Below are positions 20,001 to 29,888 of a DNA stretch of 64,000 nucleotides, one piece after another. Every line of letters starts with the position of its first letter. Position 1 is the stretch's first letter. Position numbers and translations under genes: made by a program. The stretch is taken from positions 1-64,000 of the forward strand of contig JBCBUK010000015.1 of the NCBI GenBank assembly GCA_039818205.1, written 5' to 3'. This stretch comes from Verrucomicrobiota bacterium. GTDB taxonomy: Bacteria > Verrucomicrobiota > Verrucomicrobiia > Opitutales > Cerasicoccaceae. Under the pieces are notes generated by a model that was not told the origin of the DNA, ran no database searches, and saw nothing but the letters and a program-made list of their open reading frames with translations.

Positions 20001-20975
20001 GGCGAGATCCTGCAAGCGCGTTGGGCAGGTCCAGGCGTGAGCAAAGCGCGGATCCCAGACACGGCATTTGTTAGCTCCGGGTTCGTCTCTGGTGCTACCC
20101 GTGAGTACTGGACCGGTGTGAGTGGTTCATCGGTGAACAGTATCCCACTGAATACTGATCCGTTCGGCATCGACACGCTTGACCGACTGGAGGCCGTTAG
20201 CTGGAATAATCCGTCGGTAACCAAGAACTGGGCAAACAGCTATGGCCAGCGAATCTCTGGCTATATCAGAGCTCCAAGCACCGGTAGCTATACATTCTGG
20301 GTCGCGTCGGATGATAATAGTGAGTTTTACCTAAGCACCGATGCAACGCCGGCGAATGCGACGCTTCGAGCATCAGTTGGAGCTTGGGTAAGCCAATACC
20401 AATGGGACAAGTTCGCCTCCCAGAAATCGACTCCGGTTGCGCTAGAGGCTGGAAAACTCTATTACTTCGAGGTTTTGCAAAAAGAGAACGGCGGGGGTGA
20501 CCATGTCTCGGTCGGCTGGGCACGGCCCGGTGAATCGACGGCGGCTCCGAGCGAGGTTGTTCCCGGAGATTACTTGGCGACTGCGCCGGGTGCCATTGGC
20601 GGCGCTGACCTCGGTATACTTATACAAGCTGAGGCATTTGATAGCCAGCAAGGGGTGCAGGTAGTCGGCGGAAGCAAAGTTGGCTATGTGAACAATGGCG
20701 ATTGGATCCGGTTTGCCGATATGGAGATCGTTGGTGCGACGACTTTCACTGCGAGCGTTGCTAGTCCGATGTCCGGTGGAACCATCGAGATCCGGTCGGG
20801 TTCTGCCACTGGTAGTTTGCTCGGAACGGCTTCGGTTGGTAATACTGGTGGCTGGAACAGCTTCGTTCCCGTGACCGCTACAATCTCTAGTGCCTCTGCA
20901 ACGGCCGATCTGTTCTTGGTCTTTAAGGGAGGCAGCGGATTCCTATTCGATATCGATTCGATCCAGTTCGATTGA
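17079..20975 (+). CDS. Secreted BNR/Asp-box beta-propeller (VPS10/GH74-like) protein with two PA14 domains and a C-terminal CBM6
   Basis: Many SxDxGxxW Asp-boxes; PA14 motifs (TTSDDGSQLFI, VASDDNSEFYL); IQAEAFD...GYVNNGDWI...TGGWNSF CBM6; signal peptide from ATG 17079. Confidence 0.85.
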   Translation: MKISLNCYLIASLMLFAGNLLRADFFSDLKTGQVESTPLVEWQHFGPGMSGYIDMFWIHDTDPNAMFDSLDMGNSQGTWDGGQTWESIKPYDDEDTVLDAITYVEFSHQNPNFGLLLDKSGIYSTNDRGRTWSFLVDADTTNSEKHNVMTVDPNNDNIWYIGAGQGWQIKHTHHTKNGMVVSSDRNHSEGYILKSTNKGQSWTKISSPFPADADFSNIIVNPGNSNHVYASCQYGVYRSTNKGNSWSKVAGTGLPNHRPRDMDFYYNATTGEFLLYIVEVTHYQPAGSSISTSGGVYRSSDGGANWTNLTGNLGIDLNKVNSWGYRNHYYRAIAHYLQISQSAAESNYPNLPTDTFSQFSGIEVDPNNKNRIYLVHNTKHDYAFPPGNIWMTSNGGTSWIAAAREGPYWGNETDKAYWQSRGNPLGINTVFAHVEREHNGTTDNVRTGPRFLAINSNSEVYTAFAQQVMKSSDNGATWVQVDDDETSPGSGHWVGRGNSNLPGETLNLDTGTPGIYLFGSGEHGLWRTTNDGGLVYPGAIAVEQLAGQSTSNIDALSISTIAVHPTNKNRIYTLQFRQTQRGSLRYSPDGGASWQTLSTPVNFPAANDVIKQRSLLIDPSNPSIMYFCVPISEIAYWSSTQWVANAPSSFNAFGVYKSTNGGASWSRVNSGLPSNKSVYRLTMDPSNPQVLYAASNQTHTLVDGGLFRSNNRGASWSSVNLPAGVRSVQEVHIEDATGKIYIATGTYSSDGSTGGVWVSNNGGNSWSLLFDMPHVRHIDVSAVDPNVMVVNVGPERSIGRRNPGLYVSVDGGVSWSKINRKIGQKGRITNVQTDPYNADVIWCSVLGTGFFRADISKLRNESPALAYRYYHGTWNSLPDFDLLTPEKVGSVSNFDLAPRTQNDNFGFVFEGKIDVPATGSWTFYTTSDDGSQLFINGTRVVNNDGLHGARERSGSISLNAGVHDIKVTYFEKGGGEILQARWAGPGVSKARIPDTAFVSSGFVSGATREYWTGVSGSSVNSIPLNTDPFGIDTLDRLEAVSWNNPSVTKNWANSYGQRISGYIRAPSTGSYTFWVASDDNSEFYLSTDATPANATLRASVGAWVSQYQWDKFASQKSTPVALEAGKLYYFEVLQKENGGGDHVSVGWARPGESTAAPSEVVPGDYLATAPGAIGGADLGILIQAEAFDSQQGVQVVGGSKVGYVNNGDWIRFADMEIVGATTFTASVASPMSGGTIEIRSGSATGSLLGTASVGNTGGWNSFVPVTATISSASATADLFLVFKGGSGFLFDIDSIQFD

Positions 20976-21030
20976 ATTCTACCGGTTGGATTTCACTCTG
21001 AATAGCTAGACAGTCATATATCCCCGTTAT

Positions 21031-21068
21031 GGCGTCTCCATCACTTGCTGGTGGAGACGTCTTCTTTT
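21031..21068 (+). terminator. Rho-independent terminator
   Basis: GGCGTCTCCATCA-cttgc-TGGTGGAGACGTC stem followed by TTCTTTT, downstream of 17079-20975 and between convergent genes. Confidence 0.8.
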
Positions 21069-21193
21069 AACAATGATCATTTCTCTGGAACAAATGTGCG
21101 CCAGTATTGCGGATAATGTCCTGAGTCTCGACCCATGACAGCATCTGTTCTAGGAGCGCGAACCACCACTCGATTTATCGACCTTGAATACGG

Positions 21194-22099
21194 TCAACTG
21201 CGTGGTTTTATCCAATCCAATGTGGGGCCAAGCGGTACGATGCGACTTGGGTTGATGTCGTCGTGAGTGTAATAGTAGTGCCGCTTGATGTGGTCGAAGT
21301 CTACGGTTTCGGCGACCCCTGGCGAGTGATAGACACGTTCTAAAAATTGCTGTAGTGACGGAAAGTCTTTGATCTGGCGTTTGTTGCATTTGAAGTGCCC
21401 AAAGTATACCGGGTCAAAGCGGACAAGTGTGCAAAACAATCGATAGTCTGTTTCTACAATGCGGTCGCCAAAAAGGAAAGGTCCGCCCGTTGTTAGTCGG
21501 GCCTCTAGTCCTTCAAGTGTCGCGAACAGCTTTTCATAGGCTTGATTGTAGGCATTTTGCGTGGAGGCAAAGCCTGCTTCGTAAACACCGTTGTTGACGC
21601 TATCGTAAATTTCTAAGCTGAGCTCGCCCTGCTGCGTCTTTATGTCATTGGGAAAGAGGTCAACCGGGTGTTTGGCGAGAGGCTTGAACACGCCGGACCA
21701 CATCAATATGATATCGTCCTCGGAGTTGTTCACGATGCGTTTATCCTTCTTGTCCCAAAGCACGGGGACCGTGATTCTTCCAGGGAAAACGGGATTCGTT
21801 TTAAAATAGGCTTCTGAGAGAAAGTCGAATCCTTCGACATCATCGAGACCGTGTCCGTCGCCTTCCCGAAATGCCCATCCAGTCTCTTCGTCGCGAATCG
21901 GATCAACAAAGTTTACGCTGATTGCCTCGTCGAGTCCCATGAGGTTACGCGTCAGCCACGCACGGTGTGCCCAGGGACATGCTTTGCAAATGAAGAGATG
22001 GTATCGTCCGGCCTCAGGTGTTTCCACCCAATCGCGAAACTCATCTGGCTGGCGTTTGAATGAACCATCGTTGCCTTCTTCATTTGGAAATTGTGCCAT
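21194..22099 (-). CDS. yqjG: Glutathionyl-hydroquinone reductase (YqjG/ECM4-like GST)
   Basis: ACPWAHR, TVPVLWDK..IVNNS, NNGVY.AGFA, TLVRFD.VY..HFKCN, HIKRHYY, INPSRIVPLGP. Confidence 0.92.
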   Translation of the reverse strand: MAQFPNEEGNDGSFKRQPDEFRDWVETPEAGRYHLFICKACPWAHRAWLTRNLMGLDEAISVNFVDPIRDEETGWAFREGDGHGLDDVEGFDFLSEAYFKTNPVFPGRITVPVLWDKKDKRIVNNSEDDIILMWSGVFKPLAKHPVDLFPNDIKTQQGELSLEIYDSVNNGVYEAGFASTQNAYNQAYEKLFATLEGLEARLTTGGPFLFGDRIVETDYRLFCTLVRFDPVYFGHFKCNKRQIKDFPSLQQFLERVYHSPGVAETVDFDHIKRHYYYTHDDINPSRIVPLGPTLDWIKPRS

Positions 22100-22110
22100 A
22101 GCTGAGTGAT

Positions 22111-22138
22111 AATCTAGTCAGAATGATTCTGAGTGCAA
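22111..22138 (-). promoter_or_regulatory. Putative sigma70 promoter with a palindromic operator in the spacer
   Basis: Minus strand TTGCAC-16nt-TAGATT; spacer holds TCAGAAT-N-ATTCTGA (22118-22132); 11 nt upstream of the ATG. Confidence 0.5.
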
Positions 22139-22622
22139 GGTCGAGAGTTCGACGGAACGAAATACGCTAACGTGTCACTGCTGAATCTATGCCAATTGGG
22201 GTTGAGGTCGACTTAAAGTTCCTGGGCGGCAGGACGTATTGGTTGGTGTTTCAAAACGGTGCAACGAGCCGTTTCATCTGGGTGAGACTCAGAATGGCAA
22301 GCTAGGAAATAACGAACCTAGCGTGTGCTTGGTGGCGCTGAGCAAACCTTGAGTGCGCGATTCTATGCTCCTCAATTCGCAATATAAGGTTTGAAGGTCG
22401 GAGGAATGATCCGCATGATTGAAATTATTATTTTAATCCGAGCACTTGGATCCGGAGCCGTCTCAAATCAAACCTATCCCTCGCGCCCTTGATCCAAATA
22501 GTGCGGCCAGATCTTCTGTTAGTTAGAGCGAGATCTGATCCTAATTTGTTGCCCTAAAGGTGCCTCCAAGGCGTAAGCAAGTGAGCCGTTCATTTGCTGA
22601 AAATTATGCCTCGGCTTTCCCA

Positions 22623-25600
22623 ATGAAAGTTCTTCACCAGATTTCTTTCCTGCTTTTTTCGATGTGCCCGTTGCTCGGTGCATTGGTGGATGAGTTCACG
22701 GATACATTCTCCCTCGGGGGCGCTGGTGGAATCGGTGCCTATACGCCGTTCGGAGGAAATTCGAGCCAGACTCAGACATTTACGATTCGAGGAGATTCTC
22801 CGGACGGTAGTTTTGTTGACGGATCAGATGATGGCTTTGCGCACCTGCATCGAACGCTTCTCGATCGGGCAACGGTTGGGATGGTCAGAGACCTTGGAGT
22901 GATTTCTAGCGGTGATGTTGGAGCAACGGTTCTAGTTGATGCTGGGTTCCGTCATCGTTCCGGCATGACGAGCGTTTGGTCTTTGGTTTTGGGAGGCGCC
23001 GCTTTGGTTGGTGAGGGTCAGTTAAGTGTCTCCTCGTTTAGTAGTGGGAGTATCGCGTCCAACAGTGATGTTCTGCTTTCTGCGATTGATCCATCCGGCG
23101 ATTCCGGGCGATTGGGTGCCGGACCGCTAGCATACACGATCCAATTGGGTGATGTCGGGAAGCGTCTTGAGCTCCAGTTCTCCGTGTACGATAGCACAAA
23201 CAGTGGCTCGGGTGAAGGAACACGAGATCTCAGCGTCGATTTTATTAGCTATCAAAAAGTTGCTGCTAAATACGGGAATTACCGAAACTCGCGTATCGGT
23301 TTAATCAATGGTCAGACGCCAGATTCGTTGCTGTTTTTCCCATGGAGAGAGCTGCTCTATGACTTCGATACCGATCAACCACTCAACGGCGTCCAGGCAA
23401 ATGCTTCCGCAATCGCCACTAGTGCGAGCTACTACATGACTGCGCCCCAATCGCTGCGGTGGCGTGCCTCGAATGGCTCCACACTGATATTGGATGCCGG
23501 CATGTCCTTACCTTACGAATGGCGGGTAACCTATTTTCTGTCGATGGGATTGTTCCAAGAGGATAGTCCAGGCGGAAACGATAAGCGGGCTTTTCGGATT
23601 GAGTTGATTTCGAGCGACGGCGTCGTGAGGCAAACGAGGCAGATGTACCTGCACAAAAGTGGATGGAACATCCTCTGCTCTGAACTCGACGACTTGCGGC
23701 AGTATCCGATAGACCGCATTCGAGTCACCCAGGTTAGCGGAAGTGGCGGCGATTTCTATGTGGACAATGCAATGGTTTTTGCGTCCCAGAATACCCGGAG
23801 CGCGGTTGCGACGAGTGGCATTGAGAAGGAAACTCTTTGGATTGAGAATTCAAGTAGCTACCCAACGACACCGCTGACCCCGGAGGAACGCGACGCTTTC
23901 TATACGATTGCTGAGCGCGTAATCCCGCTGCCCAGTAAGGTGTCCAGTATTTCGTCTTCTCGAATGAATGAGTTTCGTGCCCTTCATGCCTACTTCAAAG
24001 TCGAGAGGAACGGCGAATTTGCTAACGGCGCTAACCCACTCTACTACTATCGGGGGTTAGACAAGTTGGACGGTGAGTCTGATCCTACTTTGCAGTATCG
24101 GATGAACAGTGAACTGTGCGACGAGTTAGAGCACATTGGGAAAGCTTGGTATCAAACCCAAGATGTTAATCAGAAAGAAGAACTTGCTGAGATGGTCACC
24201 GACTTGGTCCGGCTTTCAGTAACCTATGGTGGAATACCCAATCCCTGGTACAATGGACGAGGCTTCGCCGAAGGCGTATTCTACTCCAAGGATTTGCTGG
24301 AGAGTGAAGGGTTGTTGGAAAAGGTAACCGAGCAGATCTTCCTTCAGTACAACGTCGATCGAATTCTATACAACGAGCACAGCTGGGAGAATCCGGTTGC
24401 GCAGAGCGATCGAAGTCCAGAGTTCTTCTGGCAGGCAACGGCTGATGACCTAAACACCGGGAGCAAAAGCACGCTGCTTAGCATCTTAGTTGCGCCGGAT
24501 TCGCCAGAGAAAGCGCGAGATCTGCAACGCCTGAGAAGCTGGCTTGAAAACGTGGCATTGGCATTTTCTCCCAATACGCTCGGAACGTTAAAGCCCGATG
24601 GATCTTGGTTTCATCATTGGGGAAATCGCTTCGACAATTATGGCTGGGTAGCAGCCTGGCGAGGTTCGTGCGAATGGGTTTGGTGGTTGAGCCACACCCC
24701 GTTCGGAGTTGGGTCTGAGGCTAAGGAGCGGATGCACTTTATGGCCGATATTCATTTCGAGATCATGAACAAGGATGGCTACGTGGGCCCGCAGGATGCG
24801 ATGAGTTATATTCCATCTTCTGGTTTTATGAATCTTGCTCTAGCGGGTTCGCCCGATGGTTCAGAAGCTATCGATCCGGTTATGGCTTCTTACTGGTTGG
24901 CTTATCCAAACGATTCGACCTACCGTCGGAATGCGGACCTTGTTTCGAGCCTGAGTTCAAGCAGTATCGTGCCAGCTGATAAGGTAGACAGTAATTCGAC
25001 TCTTAGCTACGACATTTCGAACGTTCATCGGCGAGGAGACTGGCAGGTTTATACACGCGGAGCGTCAAATAGTCTTTATCATACGCAATACGAGCGGGAT
25101 GGGTTTCTGTTCTACAATATCGGTGGACTATCTTTGGTGAAAGAAGGAGAGGCGACAGGTATGCAGCAGAGCTACGGGTCCTCGCTTCTGCTTCGACATC
25201 TGTCGGATCTGCCGAGCCTGACCCCCGGTTACAACACTAGTCGGGCTCCCGGAGTTACCTCGATCGATTCGAGTTATAATAACCTGCGTCAAATATACTA
25301 TCAGCGGGGCTCATCGGATTTCGTTGGAGGTCTATCAACATTCGATGGAATGGGAATCTTTGTTCAAGAGTTCGACGCTCGAGATAACAGCACCTACTCC
25401 AATCGAATTGCACGCGGACTAAGGTTTAAAAAGTCTTACTTCTACTTCGGAGACGACATCGTCATGCTCGCCAGCAATATCTCAAATAATGGGAGTACAA
25501 CCGCTGTAGAAACTGGCTTGCTGCAGGAGCCAACGAGTGCCGGCAATCGATTCTTGTTGAGCAATGGTACCAATACTGGAGGTGGTAACGTAAACGTCAG

Positions 25601-27272
25601 TCATTCCTCAGCGGACATTCCGTGGATATTCAACGAGACGCAGGGAGTTGGAGTTTACCTGACTCCGGGGCAGAGCTTTCGGCTGTTTAAGGGGCCTCAG
25701 ACTTTTGGCCCATCAACGGGCGATATCGTGAGCGCCTATCTGCACCATAGCGATCAAAGCGATGGATGGTACGAATGCGTTTTACGGCTCAATGCGAACG
25801 AATCGAGCATGGTCGACTTAGCATCGAGCATGGATAGTGGTTCTCCGGAGTTCTCGATCTTGCGTAGAGATTCGAAGGCACATGTTGTGCGTAGCGAGGA
25901 ATATGAGTCGGTCGGTTATGCAATCTTTGATTCATCAAACTTGATCTTTGCGGACGGCGTATTGGCGAGTGTTGATCAACCCTGTGTTGTAATGGTGCAG
26001 GAGCACGATAGCGGCTTGGTCAATCTAACGGTATCATGCCCCGACAAGAAGATGCAGAAAACAGCAAGCAATCCGCTTGGGTGGAGCGATCCGGTTGAGT
26101 TACAGCTGGTGTTAAATGGTGCGTTTGGCTTGGAGGGTGCATTGTCTGGAAATCCGAATGTCGCGGTCGATTACGTTGGAACCAAGATGCTCTTGAGAGT
26201 GACGGTGCAAGACGGATTGCCTCAAGCGGTTAGTTTGCGACGGGTAGAATCGATTGGGGCATCGCAGGTGTTCGCATCTTGGAACTTCGACGATGAAGGA
26301 GCGAATGGAACGGATTCTGGACGATCTCAAACCAACTGGTCAGACTCAGCACCGACAACGGCTGAACCCGCGTGGATTCTTACGTCAACAGGAGCGGGAT
26401 CTGGCTCCGGAATTAGCGTGGATCCAATGTCGGGAGAGTTGATTCTGAGTGGTGTTGGCGGTGACGTTACACAGGCGATTTTGCCCTTTGGTCGAGATGC
26501 CTTGGAAGGGCGAGTTTCCGTTGAGCTCGGTGTTGACTCTGGAAACACCTGGAGTGGGGCAAAGTTCAACCTGGTTCAAGTGGATTCGCAGCGCATTGAT
26601 ACCCTGGTGGAAGTTCGGGTTCAGCGGAATGGAAGCAACACTAATAACCTGATATCGACGGCAACGGTCGGCGCTGCCATCAATGGTCAGTGGGAGGACT
26701 CCTTTAATGCGCTCGAGATTCAGTGGGATGTCGATGGTGCCGACATTGTTCTCTCGGGATTGGAAAGCGGCGACGTCACGATTGAACGAGGTGGGTTCCT
26801 GGCGCCATTGATTCCCAATGCATTGCTCATCGAGGTGGATGCGGCGGATGACCGATTGCGACGGCTAAAGTTGAGATCCCTGGACGTTGCGTTTCCCATG
26901 ATGAGTTATCTCGAGTGGGTAGGGGCCTTCGGTATTGAAGGATTCGAAGATACCTTGCTGGTCGCGGACTTTGATGGCGATGGATATGATAACCGTTCTG
27001 AGTATATCGCTATGACCGACCCGGCTTCAGGGGGGCAGTTCCCTTCCGTCCTCCAAGTTGCCTCGACCACCGTTGACGATGGATTAGAGATCTCAATTAG
27101 TTGGATTCCACTGCAAGGTCGTGTTTACGATGTCTATGGTTCGACTGATCTACGGGACGGCTTTTCACGCATCGAAGCCGGTTTGAGGTATCCAATTGAT
27201 AGGTATACGTGGAAGGTTCCCGACGCAGCTAACCATGGATTTATTCGTTTAGAAATGCGCTTGGAGGAGTAG
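22623..27272 (+). CDS. Secreted PL8-type (chondroitinase ABC-like) polysaccharide lyase with accessory domains and C-terminal module
   Basis: GTLKPDGSWFHH, FKKSYFYFGDDIVMLASNISN, ILRRDSKAHVV, VDQPCVVMV, LTVSCPD; signal peptide from ATG 22623. Confidence 0.8.
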   Translation: MKVLHQISFLLFSMCPLLGALVDEFTDTFSLGGAGGIGAYTPFGGNSSQTQTFTIRGDSPDGSFVDGSDDGFAHLHRTLLDRATVGMVRDLGVISSGDVGATVLVDAGFRHRSGMTSVWSLVLGGAALVGEGQLSVSSFSSGSIASNSDVLLSAIDPSGDSGRLGAGPLAYTIQLGDVGKRLELQFSVYDSTNSGSGEGTRDLSVDFISYQKVAAKYGNYRNSRIGLINGQTPDSLLFFPWRELLYDFDTDQPLNGVQANASAIATSASYYMTAPQSLRWRASNGSTLILDAGMSLPYEWRVTYFLSMGLFQEDSPGGNDKRAFRIELISSDGVVRQTRQMYLHKSGWNILCSELDDLRQYPIDRIRVTQVSGSGGDFYVDNAMVFASQNTRSAVATSGIEKETLWIENSSSYPTTPLTPEERDAFYTIAERVIPLPSKVSSISSSRMNEFRALHAYFKVERNGEFANGANPLYYYRGLDKLDGESDPTLQYRMNSELCDELEHIGKAWYQTQDVNQKEELAEMVTDLVRLSVTYGGIPNPWYNGRGFAEGVFYSKDLLESEGLLEKVTEQIFLQYNVDRILYNEHSWENPVAQSDRSPEFFWQATADDLNTGSKSTLLSILVAPDSPEKARDLQRLRSWLENVALAFSPNTLGTLKPDGSWFHHWGNRFDNYGWVAAWRGSCEWVWWLSHTPFGVGSEAKERMHFMADIHFEIMNKDGYVGPQDAMSYIPSSGFMNLALAGSPDGSEAIDPVMASYWLAYPNDSTYRRNADLVSSLSSSSIVPADKVDSNSTLSYDISNVHRRGDWQVYTRGASNSLYHTQYERDGFLFYNIGGLSLVKEGEATGMQQSYGSSLLLRHLSDLPSLTPGYNTSRAPGVTSIDSSYNNLRQIYYQRGSSDFVGGLSTFDGMGIFVQEFDARDNSTYSNRIARGLRFKKSYFYFGDDIVMLASNISNNGSTTAVETGLLQEPTSAGNRFLLSNGTNTGGGNVNVSHSSADIPWIFNETQGVGVYLTPGQSFRLFKGPQTFGPSTGDIVSAYLHHSDQSDGWYECVLRLNANESSMVDLASSMDSGSPEFSILRRDSKAHVVRSEEYESVGYAIFDSSNLIFADGVLASVDQPCVVMVQEHDSGLVNLTVSCPDKKMQKTASNPLGWSDPVELQLVLNGAFGLEGALSGNPNVAVDYVGTKMLLRVTVQDGLPQAVSLRRVESIGASQVFASWNFDDEGANGTDSGRSQTNWSDSAPTTAEPAWILTSTGAGSGSGISVDPMSGELILSGVGGDVTQAILPFGRDALEGRVSVELGVDSGNTWSGAKFNLVQVDSQRIDTLVEVRVQRNGSNTNNLISTATVGAAINGQWEDSFNALEIQWDVDGADIVLSGLESGDVTIERGGFLAPLIPNALLIEVDAADDRLRRLKLRSLDVAFPMMSYLEWVGAFGIEGFEDTLLVADFDGDGYDNRSEYIAMTDPASGGQFPSVLQVASTTVDDGLEISISWIPLQGRVYDVYGSTDLRDGFSRIEAGLRYPIDRYTWKVPDAANHGFIRLEMRLEE

Positions 27273-27589
27273 CCAGCGATTGATTGAATTCGATGCTTTT
27301 CCCGTTGATGTCTAAATTGTCGTTTGTGCGATCTAACGCCAGGTGGGCGCAGTATCAGACTTCCCATTAGAGCTAGAGCTGATCCAGTTTGAGCGTGGTG
27401 CTGGTGGTTTCACGTTTTGCTACGCGCAGCGGCGCTCGGTCTGGGTCTTCTACGGCGCACCGCAGGATGATGCTTTAAATACTTGGGTATTTCGAGGAAC
27501 TAGGTATTGATATCGCTCCATTTTGCTCTTCATTGATGGAGCAATTTTACGGTGCCACTTACCCGAACGAACCATCTAAGTCTAAAGTA

Positions 27590-28447
27590 ATGAAAATCTC
27601 ACTGTTTGTCATCCCGCTTCTCGCCTTGAACGCAACCCTATCGAGTTTTGCCGACCAGGCGCCTCGCCTGGAACTGGTCTGGGAGACCGAACCTATTTTC
27701 TCCTACCCGGAAAGTGTCGTCTACGACCCTGCGCGATCAGTATTGTATGTGAGCAATATCGGTGAAACTCCCAAAGATAATTCCGCCAACGGTGATGGCT
27801 TTGTGTCGATTCTCAGCTTGAGCGGAACTCCTATTGTTAAGAACTACATTCGGGGATTGAATGACCCGAAGGGTATGGACCTGGATGGGGATACGCTTTG
27901 GGTCAATGATCGGGATGCGATTGTTGAATGGGACCTTGCGGAAGATCAGTTGGAGAAGCGGCATGAGCTGGAGAACATTGTGTTCCTCAATGATATCAGT
28001 GTTGGCCCTGAAGGAGAGATTTTTTCCAATGACGCCGACGGTCATAAAGTTCTGAAGTTAGAGGGTGATCAGTGGAATGTCTTCTGGAGTGATCCCGATG
28101 AAGGGCGGCCCAACGGTATTCGCGTTGAGAAAGATCGGATCATGTTAGCGATGAACTGGTCGCACCAGCTAATTGCCATTGATAAAGGCACGATGGAAAT
28201 TTCGCTCCTTCTGGATGGAATTGGTGCTGGCGATGGCATCGAGCCAGTTGGCAATGGGGGTTACCTCATCACCGATTACCTTGGGCGAATTATTTACCTT
28301 TCGCCTGAAGGTGTCGGTAGTGTCCTCATCGATTCGAGAGAAGATAAATTAACCGCGGATCTTGAATATATTCAGGATCAAAACCTAGTCCTGATTCCAA
28401 GACATAAGAATAATTCGGTGGCGGCATATCGCCTGATCTGGGATTAG
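27590..28447 (+). CDS. Secreted SMP-30/gluconolactonase-like beta-propeller
   Basis: PESVVYD...LYVSNI, GLNDPKGM, FLNDI, PNGI, GDGIE, ADLEY; signal peptide. Confidence 0.75.
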   Translation: MKISLFVIPLLALNATLSSFADQAPRLELVWETEPIFSYPESVVYDPARSVLYVSNIGETPKDNSANGDGFVSILSLSGTPIVKNYIRGLNDPKGMDLDGDTLWVNDRDAIVEWDLAEDQLEKRHELENIVFLNDISVGPEGEIFSNDADGHKVLKLEGDQWNVFWSDPDEGRPNGIRVEKDRIMLAMNWSHQLIAIDKGTMEISLLLDGIGAGDGIEPVGNGGYLITDYLGRIIYLSPEGVGSVLIDSREDKLTADLEYIQDQNLVLIPRHKNNSVAAYRLIWD

Positions 28448-28688
28448 GTCTTTCGACCAAGTTGGAGTCTTAAGCCCTCCGGCTTTGGGGCGGGTTGCCT
28501 GCGCTCTCAACGCGTTTTGTTTGTCGATGAAGGGCGAGCGAATTGTCCTGTATTTCGAGCCGCTAATCCGGACCGCGATCATCGCAATATTTTGAACCAC
28601 GTGGGGGAGCAACAGTCAGAGTATGAGCACCATTAGATTTAGTCTCTGTGACCTGGGCGCTCTCGGATCTCGTTGAAACGAGCTGCGT

Positions 28689-29888
28689 TCAATTGTGGCT
28701 CAGCATCTTGTAGACTTCGGAACCGGCCGCTAAGAAGGCGCCGATTCCATAAACCTCAGTCTTGTCAGGAAACGAGTCTCCGGGTGCAGCTCCGACGGGT
28801 TGGACATGCCCAAGCATGCCTTCGGGCGTTACGCATTCTTCAAGGGCGGACCATGCTTTGAGTATGATTGGCTCGTAGGTGGCTCGATCGAGGATCCCGT
28901 TGTTCACGCCCCACGCCAACCCATATACGAAGAATGACGTCCCGCTGGTCTCCTTTATCGGATAGCCTTGTTCGCCGCCAAGTAAACCCATTGACCACGT
29001 GCCATCTGCTCTTTGCAATGATACAAGACTGGCTGCCATTTGTTTGAATACTTCGACATAGAACGGGCGAAATTCCCAGTCGTCGGGCATATCGGGGATC
29101 ATCAGGGCTAGGCCAGCGAACACCCAGCCATTGCCGCGGGACCAAAATAGCTTCCGTCCGTTCTGTTCACGCTTATTGAAAAAGCTAGTATCCCGCCAGA
29201 ATAGTTTCTCTTCGTCGTCCCAGAGCAGGTCGTAGGTTGCCCTGTACTCCTGATGCATGAAATCGAGGTATTTTTGCTCTCCCGTTATTTTGGCTAGCCG
29301 CGTCCATACCGGTGGCGCCATAAACAGTGCATCACACCAACCCCACCGATCAAGCCAATCGGTATTGGGGTTCTTATAGCCGCTGTATTTCATGGATCCC
29401 ATTTTGGGCTCGGCGAGGATTGCGTCGAAACGCTTGCGGGTCGGCTCAATCATTTCTGGGGCACCGATGTCCTCGTAGAGATTCAAATAGAACTGACCAA
29501 CAGTATGGTCGTCGGCGTGATACTTGCGCTTGTGTAGTTTCCAATGATTCCGTTTGCCAATCATCATCAGCCAATCAGCGTACTTTGGGTCATCGCCCGC
29601 CGTACTCCATTCATACATGCCGACATAGAGAGCGCCTTTGTGCCATCCGAGTTCGGGCCAACGCCATGGGACCCAGCCATTCTCTTCGTTCTGTTTTTTC
29701 TGGTGAGTACTCAACGCACGGTATTCTAACTCCTTGTCGAAATTCGCTATCTGCCAATCAGCAACACGATTGGTGAGCGCCTTTACTGATTCAGCGCTCG
29801 GGCGATTGGATTCTGATGTTGCTGAGACATTCATTGTCAGAACGACGAGAACGTTCAGTAGTGTTAGTATTCGAGTCGAGTGCCTCAT
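28689..29888 (-). CDS. GH105 (GH88/105 group) unsaturated glycuronyl hydrolase
   Basis: HADDHTVGQ, WGWCDALFMAPP, FWSRGNGW, ETSGTSFFVYG, YGIGAFLAAG. Confidence 0.9.
   Translation of the reverse strand: MRHSTRILTLLNVLVVLTMNVSATSESNRPSAESVKALTNRVADWQIANFDKELEYRALSTHQKKQNEENGWVPWRWPELGWHKGALYVGMYEWSTAGDDPKYADWLMMIGKRNHWKLHKRKYHADDHTVGQFYLNLYEDIGAPEMIEPTRKRFDAILAEPKMGSMKYSGYKNPNTDWLDRWGWCDALFMAPPVWTRLAKITGEQKYLDFMHQEYRATYDLLWDDEEKLFWRDTSFFNKREQNGRKLFWSRGNGWVFAGLALMIPDMPDDWEFRPFYVEVFKQMAASLVSLQRADGTWSMGLLGGEQGYPIKETSGTSFFVYGLAWGVNNGILDRATYEPIILKAWSALEECVTPEGMLGHVQPVGAAPGDSFPDKTEVYGIGAFLAAGSEVYKMLSHN

Noticed and set aside
22200..22550. Several small hairpins suggesting an ncRNA
   Set aside because: Short stems with no recognisable RNA family
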